NCBI GenBank assembly: GCA_947627695.1
Contig: CANQXF010000010.1
Coordinates: forward strand, 19,192-83,191
Direction of reading: 5' to 3'
Length of the DNA stretch: 64,000 nt
From: an uncultured Ruminiclostridium sp.
GTDB lineage: Bacteria > Bacillota > Clostridia > Oscillospirales > Ruminococcaceae
The notes beneath the pieces were generated by a model. It was given only the letters and a program-made list of their open reading frames with translations. It ran no database searches and was not told where the DNA came from. Made by a program: the position numbers and the translations under genes. This document shows positions 1 through 9,892 of this stretch, in pieces (the stretch's first letter is position 1; every line of letters starts with the position of its first letter).

Positions 1-59
1 ATTTTTCCGCCATACTTTCAACCAAAAACCAAAAACAAAAGAAATCGAGGTAAACAAAA

Positions 60-1346
60 ATGTCAAATACAGAATGGAAATTTGAGACCAAGCAGCTTCA
101 TATAGGGCAGGAGCAGGCGGACGCCGTTACCGACGCCCGCGCGGTGCCTATTTACGCCACAACTTCGTATGTGTTCCACAACTCACAGCACGCCGCAGAC
201 CGTTTCGGACTGCGTGACGCAGGCAATATTTACGGCAGGCTCACCAATCCCACTCAGGATATTTTCGAGCAGAGGATAGCGGCGCTGGAGGGCGGCGTTG
301 CGGCGCTGGCGACAGCGTCGGGCGCGGCGGCGATAACCTACACGGTGCAGGCGCTTGCCAAGGCGGGGGAACATATCGTTGTCTCCAAGACCATTTACGG
401 CGGGACCTACAACCTGTTCGCCCACACTCTCCCCACTTACGGGATAACCACGACTTTTGTGGATCCTTACGAGGAGGGAGCTTTTGAAAAGGCGATACAG
501 CCCAACACAAAGGCAATTTTCATTGAAACTCTGGGAAATCCCAACTCCAACATAATCGACATTGAGGAAATTGCAAAGCTCGCCCACGCTCACAAGATAC
601 CGCTGGTGGTTGACTCCACCTTCGCAACTCCTTATCTTGTAAGACCTATCGAGTACGGGGCGGACATTGTGGTACACAGCGCCACCAAGTTCATCGGCGG
701 TCACGGCACGGCGATAGGCGGCGTTATAATAGACAGCGGTAAATTCAACTGGGAGGAAAGCGGAAAGTTCCCTCAGTTCACCGAGCCAAACCCCTCCTAC
801 CACGGCGTAAGCTTCACAAAGGCGGTGGGCGCGGCGGCGTTCGTCACCTACATAAGGGCGATACTTCTCCGCGATACGGGCGCGACCCTGTCCCCGTTCC
901 ACGCGTTCCTGTTTTTGCAGGGACTTGAGACCCTTTCCCTTCGTGTGGAACGCCACGTTCAGAACGCTTTGAAGATAGTGGAGTATCTGAACGATCACCC
1001 GAAAGTTGAGGCGGTACATCACCCCTCCCTCCCCACCGAGCCAAGCAACGCGCTGTACAAGAAATACTTCCCCAACGGCGGCGGTTCTATCTTCACGTTT
1101 GAGATAAAAGGCGGCGTCCAGGAAGCGCATAAATTTATAGATAATCTGGAGATATTCTCCCTGCTTGCCAATGTTGCCGACGCAAAGTCGCTTGTGATAC
1201 ACCCCGCCACCACCACCCACTCCCAGTGCACCGAGCAGGAGCTTGAGGAGCAGGGCATAAAACCCAACACTATCCGCCTGTCCATAGGCATTGAGAACGT
1301 AGACGATTTGATAGCGGCGCTGGATAAAGCGTTCGCCAGCGTTTAA
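60..1346 (+). CDS. metY: O-acetylhomoserine aminocarboxypropyltransferase / sulfhydrylase (Cys/Met metabolism PLP enzyme)
   Basis: 428 aa; motifs VPIYATTSY, IYGRLTNPT, GADIVVHSATKFIGGHG (PLP lysine), LANVADAKSLVIHPATTTH. Confidence 0.92.
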   Translation: MSNTEWKFETKQLHIGQEQADAVTDARAVPIYATTSYVFHNSQHAADRFGLRDAGNIYGRLTNPTQDIFEQRIAALEGGVAALATASGAAAITYTVQALAKAGEHIVVSKTIYGGTYNLFAHTLPTYGITTTFVDPYEEGAFEKAIQPNTKAIFIETLGNPNSNIIDIEEIAKLAHAHKIPLVVDSTFATPYLVRPIEYGADIVVHSATKFIGGHGTAIGGVIIDSGKFNWEESGKFPQFTEPNPSYHGVSFTKAVGAAAFVTYIRAILLRDTGATLSPFHAFLFLQGLETLSLRVERHVQNALKIVEYLNDHPKVEAVHHPSLPTEPSNALYKKYFPNGGGSIFTFEIKGGVQEAHKFIDNLEIFSLLANVADAKSLVIHPATTTHSQCTEQELEEQGIKPNTIRLSIGIENVDDLIAALDKAFASV

Positions 1347-1354
1347 GTTTTTGA

Positions 1355-1525
1355 GGGATTCTTAAGGGGACTTTTTACAAAAAGTCCCCTTAAGCGGAGT
1401 TTGAGGCGGAGCCTCAAAAAAATAATACCCGCATTCGCGGGTATTATTTTTTATGTGGGACTCTGTCCCACACCCTGCCTAAGAAACTTTTTTGTAAAAA
1501 AGTTTCTTAGGGATCTTCAAAAAAC
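1355..1525. repeat. REP-like multi-hairpin element between convergent genes
   Basis: Stacked inverted repeats: TTAAGGGGACTTTTT/AAAAAGTCCCCTTAA, TTGAG-GCGGAGC-CTCAA, AATAATACCCGC/GCGGGTATTATT, CTAAGAAACTTTTTT/AAAAAAGTTTCTTAG; related elements at ~40425-40500 and ~49210-49320. Confidence 0.75.
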
Positions 1526-1526
1526 T

Positions 1527-3296
1527 TTAAGGCTCGGGCTTTTCCAGTATAGTCGCATAGCCTTCGGTGGAAACCACCTTGTACCCTTTTTCCGTCCACT
1601 CCTTGAGTAGCTTTTCGTACTCCTTCACAGCGCCATGGCGGTTGTCCAGGCATACGTAGTCGGGAACTATCTCAGGGTCTATCTTGTAGATAGCGGGGTA
1701 CATATACACGTTAGGACAGTCGTACAGGTGCGGGGTGATGAAGGTGGTGGCAAATATCACGGAATCCCTCGGTATGCTGTCCAGCGCCTCATTCGTTTGC
1801 TCCAGCTTCGGTGAGGACAGGTCGTGCATACTGGCGTATTTTGAGGAGGAAAAGCCTGTAAGACAGATAAACGCCGCCAATACCGCCGCCATTGCCACAC
1901 GGTTTTTGCTCCTGACATAGCGGAAATTCTTTGCAAACAGGAACAACAGCATTGCCCCCGTGCCGAAAACGTACTGGAAGTTTATGTCCGACTGGTACGC
2001 ATAATCAGGCGCCATATTCAGCAGTATCATAGGCGCGATCAGCATCCAGTCGCAGGGCTTTCTGCTGTAAAAGGCGATGAACATCAGCGGCACTCCCATT
2101 TGCAGCAAAAACAACAGCTTTTGCTCCGACAGCAGCTTGCTGAAGAAGAATATGGGGTTTTTCAGCACGTTCAGCACCACGTCCACAAGGCTGTCCTGCC
2201 CGCTGTTGAGATAGATGTCGTAACGGGATACTTTTATTCCCTCGCCGAACATCTCCACCACAGAGGTGGAGAGAACGAATCCCACGGCTCCCATAACTAT
2301 AAGGAGTATGGAGGAAAGGCGGGAGGAATTTTTGTTGAACAGGGCGTAAAGCCCGATAAATACGACGTAAAAGCCTGCGTCCTCTTTGACGCACAAAAGT
2401 AGAAGGGCGCTTATCACAGTGCCGAGGATCTGATTTTTTTCAAGGAAATACAAGGTCCATAAAATAAGGGGAGTTAAAAATGCGTTCTCGTGAAAGTCGT
2501 AAAAGCAGGCGGTGGATAAGGCGGGGTAAAAGCAGTAAACACAGCAGATGAGAAAGCTGACGGTGTTTGGGTACCTGTATCGTTTCAGCAGTAGCAACAG
2601 CGGGATAACACCCGACATACACACCGTCGCTTGCGCCGCCAGCAAAAACTGAGGACAGCGGAATATCATATAAAACGGCAAAAGCAGGTAGTAGATAGGG
2701 GAACAATGCACCGAAAAGTGGGAAAGCAGCTGATTGCGTTCCATGGTGGTATTCTGGGTCAGGTCCGTCGCCATACTCTCGAACATCTGGGCGAATATCC
2801 CGAAGTCAAAGGTAGACGAATTGTAAGCCTCGTATCTTGCTATCGTCCCGACGGAAAGCACGGTGGTCATCACCACCCCCACGGCGGCAACGGCAAAGTA
2901 AAGTCCCTTGCCCTCAAGAAGAAAAAACTGCTTTTCGGGGAAAAGCCCCTTTATCACAAACACAGAGCCTGCGGTCAGCGCGCACAGCGCCAGCACGGCG
3001 TACGGTCTTACCGTTGCGGAAACGCTTATTCCAAGCACGGAAAAGGCGAGCAGGCACAGCGGCGTCAGCCACTTATATACCCGCTTTTTCAGAATAAAAA
3101 GCAGCAGCGCTCCCGTCCACAGGGGGAGAAATACCCCTGCAAGGAGCCAAAGGTTCAACTCAGGCACCGACTGTATGAAAAATATGTTGCTGTGATTTTG
3201 AGCAGCTACAAACAGCATTACGCCGCTTGCCACGGCAAATGCGTCAACAAACGCCCACAGCGCATATATTATAACTTTTCGAAGTTTATCCGTCAT
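1527..3296 (-). CDS. DUF2079-like multi-pass membrane protein (putative GT-C-type glycosyltransferase)
   Basis: 589 aa, many TM segments; FDFGIFAQ, SHFSVHCSP, FYDFHENAF, LCVKEDAG motifs. Confidence 0.7.
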   Translation of the reverse strand: MTDKLRKVIIYALWAFVDAFAVASGVMLFVAAQNHSNIFFIQSVPELNLWLLAGVFLPLWTGALLLFILKKRVYKWLTPLCLLAFSVLGISVSATVRPYAVLALCALTAGSVFVIKGLFPEKQFFLLEGKGLYFAVAAVGVVMTTVLSVGTIARYEAYNSSTFDFGIFAQMFESMATDLTQNTTMERNQLLSHFSVHCSPIYYLLLPFYMIFRCPQFLLAAQATVCMSGVIPLLLLLKRYRYPNTVSFLICCVYCFYPALSTACFYDFHENAFLTPLILWTLYFLEKNQILGTVISALLLLCVKEDAGFYVVFIGLYALFNKNSSRLSSILLIVMGAVGFVLSTSVVEMFGEGIKVSRYDIYLNSGQDSLVDVVLNVLKNPIFFFSKLLSEQKLLFLLQMGVPLMFIAFYSRKPCDWMLIAPMILLNMAPDYAYQSDINFQYVFGTGAMLLFLFAKNFRYVRSKNRVAMAAVLAAFICLTGFSSSKYASMHDLSSPKLEQTNEALDSIPRDSVIFATTFITPHLYDCPNVYMYPAIYKIDPEIVPDYVCLDNRHGAVKEYEKLLKEWTEKGYKVVSTEGYATILEKPEP

Positions 3297-3502
3297 TTTG
3301 TCTTCTCCTTTTTGAATTGACCCTCTATATATAAAACGAACGAAACAATGAAAAAGTCACTTGGCTGAAAAATTTTTGGGTTCAAAAACACCTTATTATA
3401 ATAGCACAAATGGGAAAAACTGTCAATTAGGCAGTTCACGGGCGGGATTGATTTTGTGGTGAAAAATGCGGGAGTTATTTGCGAGATGATGAACGCTGAT
3501 TG

Positions 3503-4147
3503 TTTTCATTGTTTTTCACTCATGTCCTGTGTTATACTTCATAATAGCGAAAAATAGACGAGGGCTTGTGATTAGTATGTATCCCATGAGTGGGAAGATG
3601 TGCGGGGCAGGGGCGGCGAAGCCGCCTTTTGTTCGGGCGAAGCCCGAACAAAAGCACTGATTTTGCGGAGCAAAATCAGTGAGTCTGTGCGCCGGAGGCG
3701 CACAGACTGCGGCTTCGCCGCCCCGGACAAGCAGGCGTGCCGTTAAAAGTGCCAAGTGCGGAATAAATCGGTCAGCACCACTGACAGTTTACAGTGCAAA
3801 GTGCAGAGTACACAGTAAATTTATTTATAAGGTTTATTGTTTTGCTTTCACTATCTCGGTTGAATATGCTCTGACAAAGGCGATGCTTTTGCACCGCCTT
3901 TCACTTTTGTGTCCTGCATACCAGCCTCACGAGTGCGCCCCACCCTCCCACCCGCCACCTGTCCCCCTCACCTTTTCATTGTTTTTCACTCACGTTCTGT
4001 GCTATACTTCACAATAGCAGAAAAGGCCAAAAAGCGAAGCCGCCCCGCTATAAGAAAACCAGTGTTATCCGACGTCAGGGAGGCAAAACCTTTTCATTGT
4101 ATTTCACCCCACCCCCATGCTATACTCCATAATAGCAAAAAATAGGA
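3503..4147 (+). promoter_or_regulatory. Three copies of a ~55-bp promoter-like motif upstream of the phage-like cluster
   Basis: TTTTCATTGT(T/A)TTTCAC...TG(T/C)TATACT(T/C)CA(T/C)AATAGC at 3503-3557, 3973-4024, 4091-4147; extended -10 TGnTATACT; last copy runs into RBS AGGAGG. Confidence 0.65.
3610..3734. repeat. Composite REP-like element family B (GGGGCGGCGAAGCCGC...GCGGCTTCGCCGCCCC termini), copy 1
   Basis: Inverted termini enclosing variable hairpins; other copies at ~12613-12737, 33157-33271, 36751-36856, 53378-53486, 63519-63637. Confidence 0.8.
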
Positions 4148-4157
4148 GGCTGCGTAA

Positions 4158-4406
4158 ATGGTAGAAGATTTTATACTTTCAAATCAGAACAGGATCCTCT
4201 CCTTCGGCGAATACGTTTTAGAGAAGCTGGAGGACAAGGACGCCATGGACAAGGTAGCTGAAAAGGACCCCGAGAAGCTGGCGAGAGTGCTGAAGCTGCT
4301 TCTGGAATGGCTTGACAGCGCTCAGCCCAAGGCGGAAAGTCCCGCCCTGGCGGCAATAATCCGCGCTGTGGGCAAACGCGGCGAGGAGCAAAGCGATGAA
4401 TACTGA
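4158..4406 (+). CDS. Small protein in terminase small subunit position
   Basis: 82 aa, strong RBS AGGAGG, overlaps the terminase large subunit start; helical, no evident HTH. Confidence 0.55.
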   Translation: MVEDFILSNQNRILSFGEYVLEKLEDKDAMDKVAEKDPEKLARVLKLLLEWLDSAQPKAESPALAAIIRAVGKRGEEQSDEY

Positions 4407-5637
4407 AAAAGAAAAAACGTCCGCCCTGTCCCCGAAGCAGGAACAAACGATAGCTCTGCTGAAGGAGGACGGGCTGAAGCGGCTTAATATTTTAGAGGGA
4501 AGCGTGCGTTCGGGAAAAACGTACGTTTCCCTTATTTTATGGGCTTTCTGGATAGCGCTGAGGGGGAACGGGCGTTATCTTATGGCGGGAAAGACGCTGA
4601 ACACCTTGAAGCGGAACCTGCTTGAGCCCCTTGCTGAAATTTTCGGCGAGGAAAATTTCGCCTATTCCCTCTCAAAAAAGGAAGCGTTTTTGTTCGGTAT
4701 AAGACTGCACCTTGAGGGCTGCGCCGACAGCCGCGCGGAGGGACGCATACGGGGAATGACCCTTGACGGGGCGTACTGCGACGAGCTGACCCTGTTCAAC
4801 GAGGATTTTTTCTCAATGCTGCTGTCAAGGCTCTCCTCCAAGGGAGCAAAGCTGTTTGCCACCACCAACCCCGACCACCCCTGCCATTGGCTCAAGGCAA
4901 ATTATCTTGACCGAGGGGAGGAGCTTGACCTGCTGGATATCCACTTCACCCTTGAGGATAATCCCTACCTTGACCCCGCCTACGTCAGGGCGCTGAAAAG
5001 CGAGTACAAGGGCGTTTACTACGAGCGTTACATTCTTGGGAAATGGGTTGCGGCGGAGGGCTCTATCTACACCGACTTCAAGGACAGCCAGATAATGACC
5101 GAGGAGCAGACGAAGCAGGCGGAAGAAAAATGCGTCTTCACCGTTATGGGCGTGGATTTCGGCGGAAATCGCTCCGCCTCCGCATTTGTGCTTATAGGCT
5201 TTGACGCGGGATTTGAAACGTTGTATGTGCTGGACGAGCATTACGACAAGGAAAACCGTTCCGCAGAAAAGCTGATAAGCGACTTTACAGAAATTACTGA
5301 ACGCTGGTCGAAGGATAAAAAGCTGCGTGCGGCGTATTGCGACAGCGCGGAGCAGCTCCTTGTGAAGAGCTTTCGTCAATCGGTAACGCTACCTGTGAAA
5401 AACGCACTGAAAAATCCCATAAACAACCGTATACGAATGTTCTGCCGCCTTATGGCGTCTGACCGTATACGCGTAAGCTGCCGCTGTAAGGAGCTTATCA
5501 AGGCGATAAAGACCGCCGTCTGGGACAGCGGCTGCCTTTGCGACAGCAGACTGGACGACGGCACCACGAATATCGACTCGCTGGACGCCATGGAGTATGC
5601 GGCGGAGAGGTTTGAGAGGGAGATATTCAGGTGGTAG
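4396..5637 (+). CDS. Phage terminase large subunit (PBSX-like)
   Basis: 413 aa; Walker A LEGSVRSGKT, Walker B AYCDE, ATTNP coupling motif, nuclease GVDFG and DSLDAMEYA. Confidence 0.92.
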   Translation: MNTEKEKTSALSPKQEQTIALLKEDGLKRLNILEGSVRSGKTYVSLILWAFWIALRGNGRYLMAGKTLNTLKRNLLEPLAEIFGEENFAYSLSKKEAFLFGIRLHLEGCADSRAEGRIRGMTLDGAYCDELTLFNEDFFSMLLSRLSSKGAKLFATTNPDHPCHWLKANYLDRGEELDLLDIHFTLEDNPYLDPAYVRALKSEYKGVYYERYILGKWVAAEGSIYTDFKDSQIMTEEQTKQAEEKCVFTVMGVDFGGNRSASAFVLIGFDAGFETLYVLDEHYDKENRSAEKLISDFTEITERWSKDKKLRAAYCDSAEQLLVKSFRQSVTLPVKNALKNPINNRIRMFCRLMASDRIRVSCRCKELIKAIKTAVWDSGCLCDSRLDDGTTNIDSLDAMEYAAERFEREIFRW

Positions 5638-5689
5638 TTAGTTGGATAGTGGTTAGTAGCTGGTTGATTTGATTATCAGGTGGTTTCGT

Positions 5690-6380
5690 TTTGCTTTCAC
5701 GGGCTTGGTTGGGAAAGCTGTGCTTTGGGAGAACGGGCGGCACAGCTTTTCACTTTTGTGTCCTGCACACCAGCTTCACGTCTGCGCCCCACCCTCCCGC
5801 CCCCTTTGCTTGCTCCTCAACATATTTTTTCTCACAACTGCAAAACACTGAAGGCTCAAGCCTGCGGGCGGGAAAGCGTGTTTGCGGCTTTGCCGCAAAC
5901 AGCGGGTGGGACGCTGGTGTGAAGCTGGTGTGCACAACACAAAACATAAAGCCAACTCACCACATTTCCACTCTCTCAACATTGGTAAATGACCTTCCCT
6001 AACCGCACAACGCCGTGCCGCACGCTGCACGCCTGTGATAGCGACCCGCAGGGGCGCGGGACTAAACCTCGCAATTGCGAACGCCATAATCAGCACATTG
6101 AGAAGAAGTCGAGCAGGCGAATTTGACAAGGTAGGCTAAAAATAAAGTTTTTCCGGAATTCTTAAAACCGCCTTTTCCGAAAAAGCGGTTTAAGCTCGAA
6201 TGTTGCGGTTTTGCTTTGCAAAACTGCAACATTTGACTAGAAATCTGAAAAGCGAAGCTTTTCAGTTTCATGGGGGCTGGCCGCGCCGCATCCGCACGGT
6301 ACCGTGCAAAACCGTTACTAACATCTCCCGATTAGGCAGACATATAAATCAATTCCAAAAGGTACAACCTTTTCCGAAAA
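5690..6380. repeat. Long intergenic module, copy A (upstream of portal)
   Basis: Near-identical in blocks to 8165-8840; contains 41-bp imperfect inverted repeats 5754-5794/5904-5944 and a ~210-bp conserved block ending in hairpin CTTAAAACCGCCTTTTCCGAAAAAGCGGTTTAAG. Confidence 0.85.
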
Positions 6381-6484
6381 TTCGACATTGCCTTATCAAG
6401 CGAAACAAGATATAAACTACATCAAAAAAGCCCGTCTTGCCAAAGACAAAAACACATTCCGTTCAAGAAAGGAGACCAATTGAA

Positions 6485-7846
6485 ATGAACTTCAAAACCA
6501 TCTTCCCCCGCCTTTTCTCCGAGAAAAGCACCCCCGCGATCTCGATCGACAGCCTGACAGAAAAACACCTGTCCGAACACATTCCCGCCTGGAAAAACGT
6601 CTACGACGGCGAAACCCCTTGGCACTATGCCAGAAAGGGAGGACTTGACGGCGGCTACCGCCGCGTAAGAGGCATTTTCGCCGCAAGAGCTCTTTGCAGT
6701 GAGCTTTCCGCATTGTGCTTTTCTCAGCAGATGGACCTGCGCTTTTCCTCCCCCGACACAAAGGATCTCGTGGAAAAGGTCTTGCAGGAAAACGCCTTCT
6801 GGAGCTGCTTCCCGCTGTTTCTGGAAAAAATGTTTGCCCTTGGCGGCGGGGTAGTTAAGGTGTACGTTGAGGGCGAAAAGATACGCCTGAATTACGTCGG
6901 CGCAGAGGGCTTCGTCCCCACGCAGTACGATGAAAAGGGCGTTTATGGCGGAATAATCCTTTCCGCCGCCGCAAAGAACGGGGAAAATTACCTCCTTGCG
7001 GAAATAAACTCAAAGACCGACAACGGCTACACCGTCACCAACAGATTGTTCAAACAAAAAGGCGGTGAGTACAGGGAAGTCCCCCTGTCGGAGCTGTATC
7101 CTGAGCTTGAGGAGAGAACAGAGATAAACGGGCTGAAAAAGCCGCTTTTCGTATACTTTCGCCCTGCCTGCTCAGGGGACGGCCCGCTGGGAACTTCCGT
7201 TTACGCAAACTGCACGGACACGTTGGAAAGCCTTGACGTCGTTTTCGACAGCCTCCAGCGGGAATTTGTCCTGGGCAAAAAGCGGATAATCGTCCCCACC
7301 TCCGCCTTGCGTGGCGAGTACGGCAAGGACGGCAAGCTGCACAAATACTTTGACGAGCAGGACGAGGTGTATCAGGCGTTCTCCCCCGACGACAGGGAAG
7401 AACTGAAGATATACGATAACAGCGCACAGCTGCGTGTGGAGGAGCATAAGCAGGCGATAGAGCAGCTTCTGGACCTGCTTTGTATGCAGACGGGACTTTC
7501 GGCGGGCAGCCTTTCCTACCACAACGGAAATCCCGCCACCGCTACAGAAGTTACCGCCAGAAACGACAGGACGTTCCGCACAAAGACCGCACATCAGCAG
7601 CTTATCCGCGAGGGACTTTTGCAGGTGACGGAAAATATCGTACTGCTTGCCGTGCTGATGGGACAGCTTCCTGCCTCCGCAATGGAGGATAAGCCTGTGA
7701 TAACCTTCCCTGACAGCGTTTCCCGTGATAATACTTCCAAGATAGACAATGCGGTGAAAATGCTTTCTGCGGGAATTATCGACAAAAATCAAGCCCTTGG
7801 GGAGATCTACGGACTTACCCCCGAAGAGGCTGAAAATACCAAATAA
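6485..7846 (+). CDS. Phage portal protein (A118/SPP1 gp6-like)
   Basis: ATG at 6485 after AAGGAG; YFRP...LGTSVYANCTDTLESLDVVFDSLQREFVLGKKRIIVP, ATATEV motifs; follows terminase. Confidence 0.88.
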   Translation: MNFKTIFPRLFSEKSTPAISIDSLTEKHLSEHIPAWKNVYDGETPWHYARKGGLDGGYRRVRGIFAARALCSELSALCFSQQMDLRFSSPDTKDLVEKVLQENAFWSCFPLFLEKMFALGGGVVKVYVEGEKIRLNYVGAEGFVPTQYDEKGVYGGIILSAAAKNGENYLLAEINSKTDNGYTVTNRLFKQKGGEYREVPLSELYPELEERTEINGLKKPLFVYFRPACSGDGPLGTSVYANCTDTLESLDVVFDSLQREFVLGKKRIIVPTSALRGEYGKDGKLHKYFDEQDEVYQAFSPDDREELKIYDNSAQLRVEEHKQAIEQLLDLLCMQTGLSAGSLSYHNGNPATATEVTARNDRTFRTKTAHQQLIREGLLQVTENIVLLAVLMGQLPASAMEDKPVITFPDSVSRDNTSKIDNAVKMLSAGIIDKNQALGEIYGLTPEEAENTK

Positions 7847-7864
7847 GAAAGAGAGGAACTAACT

Positions 7865-8107
7865 ATGGAAGAGATCAGACAGGAACAGGAGATCGTTCAG
7901 ACCACGGCGGCAGAGGAGCAGACCGCTGCTCCCGACCCTATGGCGGAGATCAAGGAGGAGCTGAAAGTCATAAAGGAGCAGAACGAGGCGCTCAAAGCCG
8001 AGCTTGCCGCCCTGCGCACCCTCCCGCATTTCTCCGTACCGTCAACGCCTCCCGAAAATGCGGGAGAGGAGATGATAAAGGGAATATTCAGGAAGAGGAG
8101 GAGCTGA
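7865..8107 (+). CDS. Small coiled-coil protein, possible minimal scaffold
   Basis: 80 aa, RBS GAGGA, acidic/coiled-coil, located between portal and capsid. Confidence 0.45.
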   Translation: MEEIRQEQEIVQTTAAEEQTAAPDPMAEIKEELKVIKEQNEALKAELAALRTLPHFSVPSTPPENAGEEMIKGIFRKRRS

Positions 8108-8164
8108 AACAGTTGACAGTGTACAGTTGACAGTTGATAGTTAATTGAATTATATGGTTGTTTC

Positions 8165-8840
8165 TTTGGCTTTCACGGGCTTGGTTTGGCAGTTGTGATT
8201 TGGGAGAACGGGCGGCACAGCTTTTCACTTTTGTGCCCTGCATACCAGCTTCACGCCAGCGCCCCACCCTCCCGCCCCCTCTGCTTGCCCCTCAACATAA
8301 ATTTTTTCACAACATCAAAACGCTGAAGGCGCAAGCCTGCGGGTGGGAAAGCGTGTTTGCGGCTTTGCCGCAAACAGCGGGTGGGACGCTGGCGTGAAGC
8401 TGGTGTGCACCACACAAAACTGAAAAATACTTCCGCCGAAGGCGGAAGTACGATCCAACATTGCTTGAATTGCCCTAAAGGCAATTCATATTGCTTCGCA
8501 ATACCGCAATATTGGACACCGCCTGCGAAATCAATATGCTCCTTCCCTAACCGCACAACGCCGTGCCGCACGTTGCCCGCCTGTGGTAGCGACCCGCAGG
8601 GGCGCGGGACTAAACCTCGCAATTGCGAACGCTATAATCAGCACATTGAGAAGAAGTCGAGCAGGCGAATTTGACAAGGTAGGCTAAAAATAAAGTTTTT
8701 CCGGAATTCTTAAAACCGCCTTTTCCGAAAAAGGCGGTTTTAAGCGGTGTGGCAGCGCCACAACCGCACGGTACCGTGCAAAACCGATACAAACATTTCC
8801 CGATTAGGCAGACATAAAAAATAAACAAAAAGGTACACCT
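8165..8840. repeat. Long intergenic module, copy B (upstream of capsid)
   Basis: Matches 5690-6380; inverted arms 8229-8269/8379-8419; has an extra inserted hairpin module at ~8428-8517. Confidence 0.85.
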
Positions 8841-8955
8841 TTTCCAACCCCACCATCACCACCACTTAAAGCATCCGCTTTAAGATAGAAAACCCCCTGC
8901 AACGCAGGAAAAACACCCCTGCTAAACAGGGAAAACAACGAAAGGAGAACACCCT

Positions 8956-9849
8956 ATGAACACAACATCTTACGCAAAGCTCTTTCAGGGCGAACTGGAC
9001 CGCCAGGTGACCGAGGGAGCGACCTCAGGCTGGATGGAGGACAACGCCGATCAGGCGGTATATGCGGGAGGAAAGGAAATAAAGCTCCCCGCAGTATCCA
9101 CCCAGGGACTGGGCGATTACGACCGTGACGAGGGCTATAAGGGCGGAGCCGTGACCTTTAGCTACCAGACCTGCACCATGACCAAGGACAGAGGCAGACG
9201 CTTCCGTATCGACGCCATGGACGTAGCTGAAAGCGACTTCCAGCTCACTGCCGCAAAGGTAGCCGAGGAGTTCCAGAGAACAAAGGTGATACCTGAGATC
9301 GACGCTTACCGTTATTCCACTCTGGCGGGAAAGGCGAAGATAACCCAGGATTACACCCCCGACGCCTCCACCGTTTACAGCAAGCTGCTGGAACAGCTTG
9401 GTCAGGTGTGTGACGTTACAGGCGGAGAAACACCCGTTGTCATCAGCATTTCCCGCCCCGTTTACGACCTGCTGATGAACAGCGCCGAGCTTAACAGGAC
9501 CCTTGACGTGACCCAGTTCAGCCAGGGGGATATCACCCTTGAGGTAAAGTCGATAAACGGCGCCGTTATCATTCCCGTGCCCTCCGCCAGAATGAAGAGC
9601 AAGTACACCTTCAGCGCCGACGGCGACGGCGGCTTTACTCCCGCCGAGGACGCAAAGAGCATTAACTGGATAATCTGCCCCAGGACAGCTCCTGTCGCCG
9701 TTTCCAGAACGGACAAGATAAAGGTGATCCCTCCCGAGCAGAACCAGTTTGCCGACGCATGGGACATTGATTACAGAAAGTATCACGACCTGTTCGTAGG
9801 CGACAGCGCGGCGCAGGCAGTGGCGGCGTCTATCGACCAGGCTGTGTAA
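8956..9849 (+). CDS. Phage major capsid protein
   Basis: 297 aa; YAKLFQGELD, GGKEIKLP, GLGDYDR, DRGRRFRIDAMDV, IPEIDAYRYS, YRKYHDLFV typical of Firmicute siphophage capsids. Confidence 0.88.
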   Translation: MNTTSYAKLFQGELDRQVTEGATSGWMEDNADQAVYAGGKEIKLPAVSTQGLGDYDRDEGYKGGAVTFSYQTCTMTKDRGRRFRIDAMDVAESDFQLTAAKVAEEFQRTKVIPEIDAYRYSTLAGKAKITQDYTPDASTVYSKLLEQLGQVCDVTGGETPVVISISRPVYDLLMNSAELNRTLDVTQFSQGDITLEVKSINGAVIIPVPSARMKSKYTFSADGDGGFTPAEDAKSINWIICPRTAPVAVSRTDKIKVIPPEQNQFADAWDIDYRKYHDLFVGDSAAQAVAASIDQAV

Positions 9850-9892
9850 ATCCTGAATGACCCGTTTGTAATTATCAGAAAGGGGCGGAAAA

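Noticed and set aside
1-59. SAM riboswitch for metY
   Set aside because: Only 59 nt of upstream sequence are in the window; cannot be assessed
183-1220. Long antisense or alternate-frame ORFs (also 9025-9972, 2631-3320, 29858-30832, 53893-54786, 58477-59136)
   Set aside because: Shadow ORFs of well-supported genes on the opposite strand in GC-rich coding DNA
5990-6320. Group II intron fragment in the duplicated module
   Set aside because: No recognisable domain V (GAGCCG...ACGG) or GTGCG/AY boundaries; only generic palindromes
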